Assembly (NCBI GenBank): GCA_012521995.1
Contig: JAAYLH010000045.1
Span: forward strand, 4,138-68,137
Direction: 5' to 3'
DNA: 64,000 nucleotides
Source of the DNA: Bacteroidales bacterium
GTDB taxonomy: Bacteria; Bacteroidota; Bacteroidia; Bacteroidales; UBA7960
The position numbers and the translations under genes are program-made. This document shows positions 56,014 through 64,000 of this stretch, piece after piece. Under the pieces are notes generated by a model. It searched no databases and was not told where the DNA came from. It saw nothing but the letters and a program-made list of their open reading frames with translations. The stretch's first letter is position 1. Each line of letters begins with the position of its first letter.

Positions 56014-57012
56014 ATGAAAAAAACTGTTCTATATTTCTTTGCATTCTTTTTCTTATGCGTTGGAACATTTGATTCCTTTGCTGCCCGGACAGCGTTTTTC
56101 CAAAACAACGCCCGGCATTCCGGATTCAGGGTAAGAGAGGCAAATCTTTGGGCTTATTCTGATTTATTTGAATTCAACACAAAACAAGGAAACTTTTTTG
56201 GGCTTTCTGACTTATTTACATTTGACACCCAAAGCGAATCCTTTTTTGGTTTTTCCGGTTTATTCACCTTTAACACCGCGCTCAACCAAATCACCGGCAC
56301 TTCGCAACCCTTTGTTTTCAACACCCGGGTACAAGAAATAACAGGGTATTCAGAATTATTCTCTTTTAACACACTAAGCAACACCATCATTGGATACTCA
56401 GAAGCTTTTGTGTTCAACACCCTTGAACCTGCCATCACAGGGCACTCAGGCTTGTTTACCTTTAACACCACCTCAAATGAAATCATTGGCATCTCCGAAC
56501 CTTTTGTGTTTAACACCCTCGCACAGCCTGAATATTTTGAAGTAACGGTCCAAATCCATCCTGAAGGCGCGGGACAGGTCACCGGGACCGGAACCTTTCT
56601 TCCCGGAGCGGAAGTGACGCTGGTGGCGTATCCAAATGAGGATTATGTTTTTGAATCATGGTCGGATGGCTCTGGGGAAGAATTATCTGATCAAGCAACC
56701 TACGTGTTTATTATGCCCGAAACCGATGTGGCCCTTTCAGCCAATTTCTTTACCGACGTCTCCGTAGCCGATTTAAACACCAATACGATTCGCATCTTCC
56801 CAAACCCTGCCGGGGAAAGGATTTTTATTGAGTCAGAAAGAATGATTCAAAGGATCCTGGTTTTTGATGCCTCGGGCAGGCTATTGGAAAACATTAAAGT
56901 GCAAGACTATCAGACTGAGCTACTTACTGCCCATTACAGGGAAGGCACTTATATAATCCGGGTTCACAGTGACCTGGGTGTCCTTACAAGGCAAATTATT
57001 ATTGTTAAATAA
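56014..57012 (+). CDS. T9SS cargo protein: eight 16-aa repeats, a B-repeat/Flg_new-like domain and a type A CTD
   Basis: Signal peptide; GxSxxFxF(N/D)T x8; GQVTGTG..GAEVTLVA.PN..YVF..W; CTD IFPNPA..GRLL..GTYIIRV..RQIII. Confidence 0.85.
   Translation: MKKTVLYFFAFFFLCVGTFDSFAARTAFFQNNARHSGFRVREANLWAYSDLFEFNTKQGNFFGLSDLFTFDTQSESFFGFSGLFTFNTALNQITGTSQPFVFNTRVQEITGYSELFSFNTLSNTIIGYSEAFVFNTLEPAITGHSGLFTFNTTSNEIIGISEPFVFNTLAQPEYFEVTVQIHPEGAGQVTGTGTFLPGAEVTLVAYPNEDYVFESWSDGSGEELSDQATYVFIMPETDVALSANFFTDVSVADLNTNTIRIFPNPAGERIFIESERMIQRILVFDASGRLLENIKVQDYQTELLTAHYREGTYIIRVHSDLGVLTRQIIIVK
56149..56532 (+). repeat. Coding tandem repeat, 8 x 48 bp (16 aa)
   Basis: WAYSDLFEFNTKQGNF/FGLSDLFTFDTQSESF/FGFSGLFTFNTALNQI/TGTSQPFVFNTRVQEI/TGYSELFSFNTLSNTI/IGYSEAFVFNTLEPAI/TGHSGLFTFNTTSNEI/IGISEPFVFNTLAQPE. 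Confidence 0.92.
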
Positions 57013-57068
57013 CACCCGTCTCAAATCGCTGACAAACAAAAACCATCTTAAATTCAAACTAAATCACC

Positions 57069-58106
57069 ATGAAAAAACTCACAACACTTTTTGCGATCCT
57101 GTTTTTAAGTTTCCTCTCTTTTGGACAGGTAGGTTCCATAGAAAACATTGACGTGGAGCAGCGTACCGATGGCTCCGGAATTGTTGACATATACTTTGAC
57201 CTGCTTCACTCCGGCACAGCAAACTACAACATCAGCCTTGAGGCAAGTTTTGATGGCGGAAGTACATTCTCCCCCGTGGCACCTGAATACCTCTCCGGGG
57301 ATTTGGTGGAGGTGGCTCCCGGCACAGGTTTTCAAATCATTTGGGACGGGCTGGCCAGCCACCCCGATATATTCACTGAAGAAGCAATGGTGAAGATTAT
57401 CGCCAACAAAGTGGAAGCCACCGTAACCGATGTTGAAGGCAATGTTTACCCCTATGTGGTGATTGGAACGCAAACCTGGATGGCCAAGAACCTGCAAACC
57501 ACAAAATACAACAACGGTGATGATATCACCACAGGTCTGGCGAACGAAGCCTGGCAGAATACAACATCAGGGGCCTATTCCGTTTTTCCACACACCGGCG
57601 ATAGTTGGGGCAACCCCATAGAGGGCATTGATTCCGATGGGGAAATGATCAACGCCTATGGCATCCTTTATAACTGGTATGCTGTTGTGGATGAAAGAGG
57701 GGTCTGCCCAACAGGTTGGCGAATCCCTACCCTGGAAGACTATGAAGCACTTCGTGACTTTGCCATTGGAGAAGGTTATCCAAATGAATGGAACTCCGTC
57801 GAAGGAGTCGCCGATGCCCTGCGTTCCACAAGCGTGGCCCCTGACCCCCATCCACGATGGGACGCTTATGAATGGGAAGACTATAACCACCTCGATGTGT
57901 ATGGCTTCAATGCCCTCCCCTCCGGTTACAGAACAGGAAACGGTGATTATTATTCCCTTGGACAACACGTTTATTGGTGGACTACTTCCTTGTTCTCAGA
58001 GGATAATGCATGGACCTTCAGGGTGGAATACAGCAGTGGAGACTTCAGCGGAAACCCCACACAACAAACAATGGGTTATTCTGTTCGTTGCATCAAAGAT
58101 GAATAG
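57069..58106 (+). CDS. Secreted protein: N-terminal beta-rich (Ig-like) domain plus FISUMP (Fib_succ_major) domain, no T9SS CTD
   Basis: Signal peptide ending SFG-Q; DVEGNVY..V.IGTQTWMAKNL, YGILYNWYAV, CPTGWRIPT, YGFNALPSGYR, YWWTTS, GYSVRCIKD. Confidence 0.88.
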   Translation: MKKLTTLFAILFLSFLSFGQVGSIENIDVEQRTDGSGIVDIYFDLLHSGTANYNISLEASFDGGSTFSPVAPEYLSGDLVEVAPGTGFQIIWDGLASHPDIFTEEAMVKIIANKVEATVTDVEGNVYPYVVIGTQTWMAKNLQTTKYNNGDDITTGLANEAWQNTTSGAYSVFPHTGDSWGNPIEGIDSDGEMINAYGILYNWYAVVDERGVCPTGWRIPTLEDYEALRDFAIGEGYPNEWNSVEGVADALRSTSVAPDPHPRWDAYEWEDYNHLDVYGFNALPSGYRTGNGDYYSLGQHVYWWTTSLFSEDNAWTFRVEYSSGDFSGNPTQQTMGYSVRCIKDE

Positions 58107-58140
58107 TCCATACCCGGTCTAAAGCAACCATAAACAATAG

Positions 58141-58172
58141 AGGCCTGTGCAGTCCGTTTTCTGCATAGGCCT
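58141..58172 (+). other. 12-bp hairpin between the FISUMP gene and the large T9SS gene
   Basis: aggcctgtgcag-N8-ctgcataggcct with one G-T pair and only a weak T-tract. Confidence 0.55.
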
Positions 58173-58249
58173 TTAACAAAACAGCAAACCTTAGCCAATT
58201 GCCATTTAAGGATCTTTTTCCTCCAAATACTTTCTTGAAACAACCCATT

Positions 58250-61200
58250 ATGAAACGAATAATCCTCCTGTTTGGTTTCTTTACCTTCCTTATCCTTGCA
58301 AATGCCCAATCCCCCTTCCCTGAAACCGAAGGGAGAAGATCAGCCCTTCCTGAAGGCGCAATCAAACAGGAACCTCAAACATGGAAAAGCATGGATCGTG
58401 CACCGGTAAATAAGCGGGATTTTTTGCCTGGGTTTTCTCAGCCCGTCTTTAAAACCGGTCAAAACGCTTATGCCTGGAACACTTTTCCCGGTTCTTCAGG
58501 AGTCCCTACGGGCCCCGTTGCCATTAACTTATCAGCCGGAACCATCACATCCATCCTGGAAATCAACGCCCAGATGATCTGGATGATCGGTGCCGACTTT
58601 GTCGATGATGACTGGTATGCCATTGCCTACCATCCTGACAATTCCGGTTTGTTTATTATCGATGAATATACAGGAGAAGCCATCTTGGCCGGCTCTATGG
58701 GCTACAGCATGACCGGCCTGGCCTGGGACCCCACCGCCGATGTTTTGTATGCCTCAGGGATTATTGAGGAAAGCAGCTATCTCTTTACTGTGGATTTGCA
58801 ATCAGGAAGTGCCTCCCCAATAGGCCTGATTACCGATGGAACCATTATTGGCATTGCAGCCGACGCCAATGGGAATATTTTTGGAATAAACCTGAATGAC
58901 GGAGGTTTGTACGACATCAACCCCAAAAATGGCCATGGGACCCTTATTGGTTTATTGGGCCTGGAGATTAATTATGCCCAGGATATTGCCTGCGACCGTA
59001 CAAACAACCTGCTCTATGGAACCCTCTATGAAGCGACAGAAGAAATTGGTGGGTTCTATCAAATAAACACCGAAACGGGTGAGGCGACCCTTATTCACCA
59101 GTTCATAGCAGAACTGGCCGGTTTTGCAATTCCCTATTCCCTTGCAGGAAATCAGGCCCCTGCCGCTATTGATGATATTACAGCATTGGCTGGATCCATG
59201 GGACAATTGGAAGCCAACATTCAATGGACAAACCCCTCTGCAACTTATGGTGGTTATCCCTTGGACCAGCTCAATTCTGTAGTTTTAGAACGCGATGGCG
59301 AGCCCATTCACACAATCAACAACCCGCAAATCGGAGCGCCGGCAAGCTACCTCGACCAAGACATCGCAGAACCCGGCATTTACACCTACCTGGTTTATGG
59401 CATCAACGAAGCAGGCGCCGGCCCTAAAAAGGCTTATTCTGTCTATATCGGCCTGGATGTCCCTGCAGCTCCTGAGCTGCTTACCTTAACCGCAGTGGGC
59501 AATGATGGCCTCATCTCCTGGGATCCTCCTGAGCAAGGCCTCCATGGTGGTTATTGTGGCACCAACATCAGCTATTCAATCACACGGTTCCCCGACAATG
59601 TTCTGCTTATTGAAGACCTGACCGACACAGAATTCCTCGACACCACCGTCCCTGAAATGGGCAATTACTTCTATTCAGTGACAGCAGCAAACGAGATGGG
59701 AGCCGGTGGTTTCGCCACGTCTGATTATGCTTTGCTGGCCTCAGGCAACGTCATCTTTTATGAACCTTTTCAATATCCTGCCGGCCAGCTGCCCCCGGGC
59801 TGGACCCTCAATGGCACGCAACACACCTGGACCCTTACTGAGAGCCAAATGGCAGGAGGCAACCCTCCTGAGCTTTGCCTCAGCTATTCAATGGCTATGG
59901 GAAACAGCCGCCTGGTTAGCAGCCCTATTCCTACAAATGGTCATCAGTACCTTAACCTCAGCTTTAAACAATACCTCATCAATTACGAAGCCATCAACAA
60001 TGAAAATATTGGTTTTGATGTTTCCTTCGATGGGGGCACTAGCTGGGAGCAGATTTGGGCCATGGACCTGGGCATTGCAAACATCCATCAGGATGAATAC
60101 AGTTATTCCATAACCGTCCCCCAGGAGGCTGAACAGTTTCAACTGGCGATCCGTTTTGATGGCCTTTCCTATGTGATCAACCTGTGGCTTATTGATGACA
60201 TCATCATCAAGCCTGCCCCGGAAAATGACCTCCTTGCCCTTTCCCTTTCGGGAAATACAACCCCTGTTATTGGAACTGAATCGGTGTACACCTTCGATCT
60301 TACCAATGCCGGCAGCCTTTCCCAAAATGATTATTCGGTAAACCTTGTATCCGGCGACGGCAGCATCCTGGCTTCCCTCGATGGAGATCCCATTGCTTTC
60401 GGCGAGCGGATCTCCTATCAAATCCCCTGGACCCCAACGGACGATACAAAAGAAAATCTTAGCATCTTTGGGTCCATTGTGTTTGATGACGATGATCATC
60501 AGGAAAACAATCAAACCGAAGGCCTCCAACTTACAATTCAGGCTGCTGACATTATCATTGTCAGCATAGGCAATGAATCGGAACCGCTTAAGTTTCAACC
60601 CTATAACTTTTTTAACTACCACAGCCTGACCCAAAACCTTTATTATCCTGAAGAGATTGGCCTGAATGGCGGTATCATCAGCGGCATTAAATATGTCAGC
60701 TATTTTGATGAACAAACCGATGATGTTCCCCTTCAAATCTGGATTGGGGAAACCGATGCCGGCGACCTGTCTGAAGGCTGGGTCGAACCCTCCATAATGA
60801 GCAGGGTCTTCGATGGCCTGATGAGTTTTCAAAAAGGTGAAAATGAGCTGTTCATACAATTCTCCGAGCCCTACCTTTATGGCGGCGAAAACCTGGTGAT
60901 TTATTCCCACAAAACCTATGATGAATATCACCTGTTAGGCCGGGCATTCTACAATTCAAGGACACCCGGAGTTTGGCGATCCCGGATTGCTGAAAATGAC
61001 GATGAAGGGTTTAACCCCGACAACCTCCCTCCTTACAGCTACAACAGTGAATACCATCCAAACATCTCTTTCCTTTTTTCAACTTCCGAGATGGGAAGCC
61101 TTGAAGGGATGATCACTTCAAACGGTGAACCCCTGTCAGAGGTAACTGTACAGATCGCTGATTTCAGCATCAGCACCACATCTGATCAAAACGGATACTA

Positions 61201-63076
61201 CGCATTCCCAATGATTCAGGCCGGGACTTATGAGCTGATCTTTTCAAAACACGGATACTTCGACTTCATAGTCGAGGATGTGGTGGTGGAAGAATTTGAA
61301 TCCACCACGGTCAATGCCTCATTGGAAGCCATCCCCTTGGTCACAATAACCGGAAAGGTAGCCGGAATGGACAATCCTGAAAATGGAATAAGCGGGGCTT
61401 TTGTATCATTAAAAGGATATGAAGACTATGCGGTAAGCTCAGCCGACGACGGGCATTTCCTGATCCATGATGTCTTTGCTCAAAACACCTATACTATCAA
61501 AATCCTTGCACAGGGCTACGCCTCTGTCGTTCAAAGCATTGTGGTTGAAGAGAGCGACCTGAACACCGGCACATTCATCCTACAGCCCATTGCTTTCCCT
61601 GTTAGCAATGTAACGGCAGAATTGCTCCCGGGCGGCGTGAAAGTACAATGGACACCGCCTGCCGGCGAATCCCTGCTGAAACTGTTTCAACACGACGGAG
61701 CGCTCCCTGAAATCCCCGATGCATTATACCAGTACCACGACTTAATGTATGGTACCGTTTTCGACCTTTCCGACTTCCCCGATGCCCGCTTGAGTCACCT
61801 CGACTTCCATCATTTGCAATGGGGCGCCCCCATGGATTCATACCAATATATGATCCACCTGGTCGACTTTGAAAATTATGCAATCCTGGCATCCTATGGC
61901 CCTTTCTCTACCCAAAACAACGACGACTGGGAGTCAGAGATCCTTCCGGGTGACTTCGACGCCTCAGGAGTCAATTTACTGGGGGTCTTTATCCAAGCTC
62001 AGGGCGGCAGTCCTTCTGATGCCTATCCCTGTTTAACGGCTGACGGTACCCCGGATGGCTTTTCCGTCCTTGCCCCTGTCAACGACCCGGCTGCCTTTGA
62101 GCTGACCGGTGACATCGGTGATTTCCTCATCAACCTGTGGATATATTCAGGTTACGGCCTCAAGGAACCGCTTAAGGCCAAAACCTTTTATGCAAATAAC
62201 TCAAGCCTCCTGAAATCCAGACGGGGCACAAGCTTATCCGGCCATATAGCCTCCTTGTCCCAGCAGTTTGAAAAGTTAAACCGGACAGACAAAGCTGTTC
62301 AAAACTATTGGGTGTACCGGTTGAAACCAGAAGCCCTTGATGAGGCCGGTCAATGGCAGGAATTGACAAACAGCACGGCCGACACCCTGTTCTTCGACCC
62401 CGCCTGGAATGGCCTCGAGCCTTCACTCTGGCAATATGCCGTCGTGGCTGAATATGCAGCCGAGGCCTTTTCACAGCCGGCATTCTCCAATGCCTTGGAA
62501 AAAACAGGCGGCCATCAGATCACCTTCAGGGTGAATATGGAAAACGTCGAAGGGTTCAACCCCGACAACGACAAAGTGTTCATGGCGGGAATTTTCAACT
62601 GGGATACCCCGGGCGATGATCCCCTCAACCAGCAGATGCAGCCCTCCGATGACAACCCGGTGATCTTCACAAAATCCCTGTGGCTGGAAGAAGACGGCTA
62701 CGAATACAAATATTTCCTGAACCCCGGCTGGGACGGCGCTGAATGGACATCCGAAAACAACCGCTCATTGACGGTATCAGGCCCGCAAATAATCAATGAT
62801 GTCTTTGGGGTGCCGGACAATGTACACGTACCTCAGCACTCCAACAAGCAGATTATAGTATTCCCAAATCCTGCAAACAACCATTTGACAATACAATCCC
62901 CCGTGGCCCTGGAAGAGGTCAGAATTACAGACATTTTCGGAAGGCCGGTTTATCAGCAATCTGTCTTCCAAAGAGAAACAAGCATAGACGTCAGTAATCT
63001 GCCCCAAGGAATGTATATTGTTCAGACGCTTTCTTCTGAAGGTGTCACTGCAACAAAAATACGGATTATCAGGTAA
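58250..63076 (+). CDS. Large multidomain T9SS cargo (beta-propeller, FN3-like, adhesin/Ig-like, carboxypeptidase-regulatory-like, CBM-like, type A CTD)
   Basis: ATG 58250 gives a signal peptide ending ANA-Q. ~40-aa propeller-like repeats; FN3-like WTNP/WDPP..Y.Y.V.A.N..G; GSLEGMIT/VTITGKV repeats; TFRVNM..YEYKY; CTD VFPNPA..G.YIV. Confidence 0.88.
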   Translation: MKRIILLFGFFTFLILANAQSPFPETEGRRSALPEGAIKQEPQTWKSMDRAPVNKRDFLPGFSQPVFKTGQNAYAWNTFPGSSGVPTGPVAINLSAGTITSILEINAQMIWMIGADFVDDDWYAIAYHPDNSGLFIIDEYTGEAILAGSMGYSMTGLAWDPTADVLYASGIIEESSYLFTVDLQSGSASPIGLITDGTIIGIAADANGNIFGINLNDGGLYDINPKNGHGTLIGLLGLEINYAQDIACDRTNNLLYGTLYEATEEIGGFYQINTETGEATLIHQFIAELAGFAIPYSLAGNQAPAAIDDITALAGSMGQLEANIQWTNPSATYGGYPLDQLNSVVLERDGEPIHTINNPQIGAPASYLDQDIAEPGIYTYLVYGINEAGAGPKKAYSVYIGLDVPAAPELLTLTAVGNDGLISWDPPEQGLHGGYCGTNISYSITRFPDNVLLIEDLTDTEFLDTTVPEMGNYFYSVTAANEMGAGGFATSDYALLASGNVIFYEPFQYPAGQLPPGWTLNGTQHTWTLTESQMAGGNPPELCLSYSMAMGNSRLVSSPIPTNGHQYLNLSFKQYLINYEAINNENIGFDVSFDGGTSWEQIWAMDLGIANIHQDEYSYSITVPQEAEQFQLAIRFDGLSYVINLWLIDDIIIKPAPENDLLALSLSGNTTPVIGTESVYTFDLTNAGSLSQNDYSVNLVSGDGSILASLDGDPIAFGERISYQIPWTPTDDTKENLSIFGSIVFDDDDHQENNQTEGLQLTIQAADIIIVSIGNESEPLKFQPYNFFNYHSLTQNLYYPEEIGLNGGIISGIKYVSYFDEQTDDVPLQIWIGETDAGDLSEGWVEPSIMSRVFDGLMSFQKGENELFIQFSEPYLYGGENLVIYSHKTYDEYHLLGRAFYNSRTPGVWRSRIAENDDEGFNPDNLPPYSYNSEYHPNISFLFSTSEMGSLEGMITSNGEPLSEVTVQIADFSISTTSDQNGYYAFPMIQAGTYELIFSKHGYFDFIVEDVVVEEFESTTVNASLEAIPLVTITGKVAGMDNPENGISGAFVSLKGYEDYAVSSADDGHFLIHDVFAQNTYTIKILAQGYASVVQSIVVEESDLNTGTFILQPIAFPVSNVTAELLPGGVKVQWTPPAGESLLKLFQHDGALPEIPDALYQYHDLMYGTVFDLSDFPDARLSHLDFHHLQWGAPMDSYQYMIHLVDFENYAILASYGPFSTQNNDDWESEILPGDFDASGVNLLGVFIQAQGGSPSDAYPCLTADGTPDGFSVLAPVNDPAAFELTGDIGDFLINLWIYSGYGLKEPLKAKTFYANNSSLLKSRRGTSLSGHIASLSQQFEKLNRTDKAVQNYWVYRLKPEALDEAGQWQELTNSTADTLFFDPAWNGLEPSLWQYAVVAEYAAEAFSQPAFSNALEKTGGHQITFRVNMENVEGFNPDNDKVFMAGIFNWDTPGDDPLNQQMQPSDDNPVIFTKSLWLEEDGYEYKYFLNPGWDGAEWTSENNRSLTVSGPQIINDVFGVPDNVHVPQHSNKQIIVFPNPANNHLTIQSPVALEEVRITDIFGRPVYQQSVFQRETSIDVSNLPQGMYIVQTLSSEGVTATKIRIIR

Positions 63077-63094
63077 GGCCTCATCAGCATCTAT

Positions 63095-63131
63095 AAGCCC
63101 GGCCCATGATTCATTGAGCCGGGCTTTTTTT
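63095..63131 (+). terminator. Intrinsic terminator closing the T9SS cluster
   Basis: aagcccggc / gccgggctt stem plus T-tract. Confidence 0.8.
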
Positions 63132-63261
63132 ATCCTTCCCGGATTACCCTGATCAAACCCGGGCCTGTTCAACCCAACAACATCAAGCTTCGCAATGCTT
63201 ACCGGCAGGAAAAGGAAGACGTTAAATCCTTCCCGTCCATTGATCCGATCATGTGAAGGTA

Positions 63262-64000
63262 TCAGGCAATAAATGTACTGCATTGATTCGAAAAGCAAAC
63301 ACTTAATTGGTGCATCGCCCGTGTGCAGGCAATATAAAGCAGGTGCCTGTCGGGTTCTGTTTTATAATTTTGGGCGGAGGCAAAAGGCACGATCACCCGG
63401 TCAAACTCCAGGCCCTTTGACAGATGTATGGACAGAAGCACCACCCCTTTCGAAAACGCCTTACTCTGATCATCAACAAAAGCAAATTCTTCCTGCAGGC
63501 CCTCGAGCTGTTCCCTGAGCCACTCCGCCTGTTTCGGGGTCTTGCAGATGATCCCCATGGACTGATGTCCCGACTGTCTGAATTCCGCAATCTGTTCAGC
63601 AATATACAGCACTTCCTCTTCTTGGCCCGCGAGCTTCTTCACCTGTGGGGGTGCTCCGTGGCGTTCCACTGCGATCAGCAGGCTGTCGGGCAGGATCTGC
63701 TGGGCAAAGCGGGTGATCTCCAAGGTGCTGCGATAGCTGCGCCTGAGCTTCACCACATCGGCATCAGGCATCACCTCACGGATCATCTCCGCCGTGGAGG
63801 AGCCCGACAGGCTCACCTTCTGACTGGCGTCGCCCAGTATGGTCTTGTTGCAGGGGAACAGCCGGGCCAGCAATGCATACTGCACAGGGGTGTAATCCTG
63901 CATTTCGTCCACCAAAAGGTGCTTCACCTGCTCATAGGGCTGGTAGCCTTCAAAACGTATGGCCAGGTAAACCATCGGAAACACATCGGCATACTCAAGC
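63262..64000 (-). CDS. HelD/UvrD-like SF1 helicase, C-terminal part (5'-truncated by the window edge)
   Basis: The frame stays open to the edge (LEYADVFP). VDEMQDY, ILGD..Q, SYRST.EI, SKGLEFDRV, LYIACTRAMH.L. Confidence 0.85.
   Translation of the reverse strand, partial: LEYADVFPMVYLAIRFEGYQPYEQVKHLLVDEMQDYTPVQYALLARLFPCNKTILGDASQKVSLSGSSTAEMIREVMPDADVVKLRRSYRSTLEITRFAQQILPDSLLIAVERHGAPPQVKKLAGQEEEVLYIAEQIAEFRQSGHQSMGIICKTPKQAEWLREQLEGLQEEFAFVDDQSKAFSKGVVLLSIHLSKGLEFDRVIVPFASAQNYKTEPDRHLLYIACTRAMHQLSVCFSNQCSTFIA

Noticed and set aside
56149-56532. CRISPR or DNA-level repeat interpretation of the 48-bp periodicity
   Set aside because: The units are in frame within a secreted protein and conserved as amino acids while synonymous positions differ.
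57069-58249. Complete DGR cassette in this window
   Set aside because: By eye I found no reverse transcriptase, Avd-like gene or template repeat; kept only as a low-interest remote-target possibility.
1-64000. tRNA, rRNA, IS/transposase, integrase, prophage, frameshifted pseudogenes
   Set aside because: None recognised. The identified genes appear full length apart from the two cut by the window edges. A manual scan could miss degenerate remnants.

Overview
This is a 64-kb chromosomal window from a Bacteroidota genome, most likely Bacteroidales-like. The evidence is type IX secretion (T9SS) C-terminal domains, recurrent TAnnTTTG (-7) promoters, signal peptides cleaving before Gln, and families such as DUF3078, DUF4199, GSIII and a PG0541-type protein. 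Bases 1-35 kb are mostly housekeeping: partial K+-dependent membrane pyrophosphatase, recF, a ROK kinase, a macrodomain-pncB-pncA operon, nfeD, tal, SRP RNA, typA, miaA, glnN, cysH, mpl, ung, rlmB, lutA, type II PanK and csp. Bases 36-63 kb are accessory: a TspO-like/kinase/sigma54-activator operon with a matching enhancer and -24/-12 promoter in front of a helical lipoprotein, a desaturase and a phytoene-dehydrogenase-like gene, a LytS/LytTR-linked TolC-MFP-RND-PII-like operon, a lower-GC TPR kinase/NarL pair, and a three-gene secreted-protein cluster. A HelD-like helicase is cut by the right edge. I saw no tRNA, rRNA, CRISPR array, transposase, integrase or reverse transcriptase. The best leads are five. 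(1) A T9SS cargo protein with eight 16-aa GxSxxFxF(N/D)T repeats lies next to a secreted Ig-like+FISUMP protein lacking a T9SS signal; this could be a multivalent strand-docking scaffold, which is inference only. (2) An unannotated ~180-nt 6S-like rod RNA has its own promoter and terminator. (3) Perfect palindromes built from 11-bp repeats occur between convergent genes. (4) There are candidate operators for the LytTR, sigma54 and glnN loci. (5) A four-repeat OB/S1-like protein closes the NAD-salvage operon. All functional calls come from motif recognition by eye; no searches or folding programs were run.
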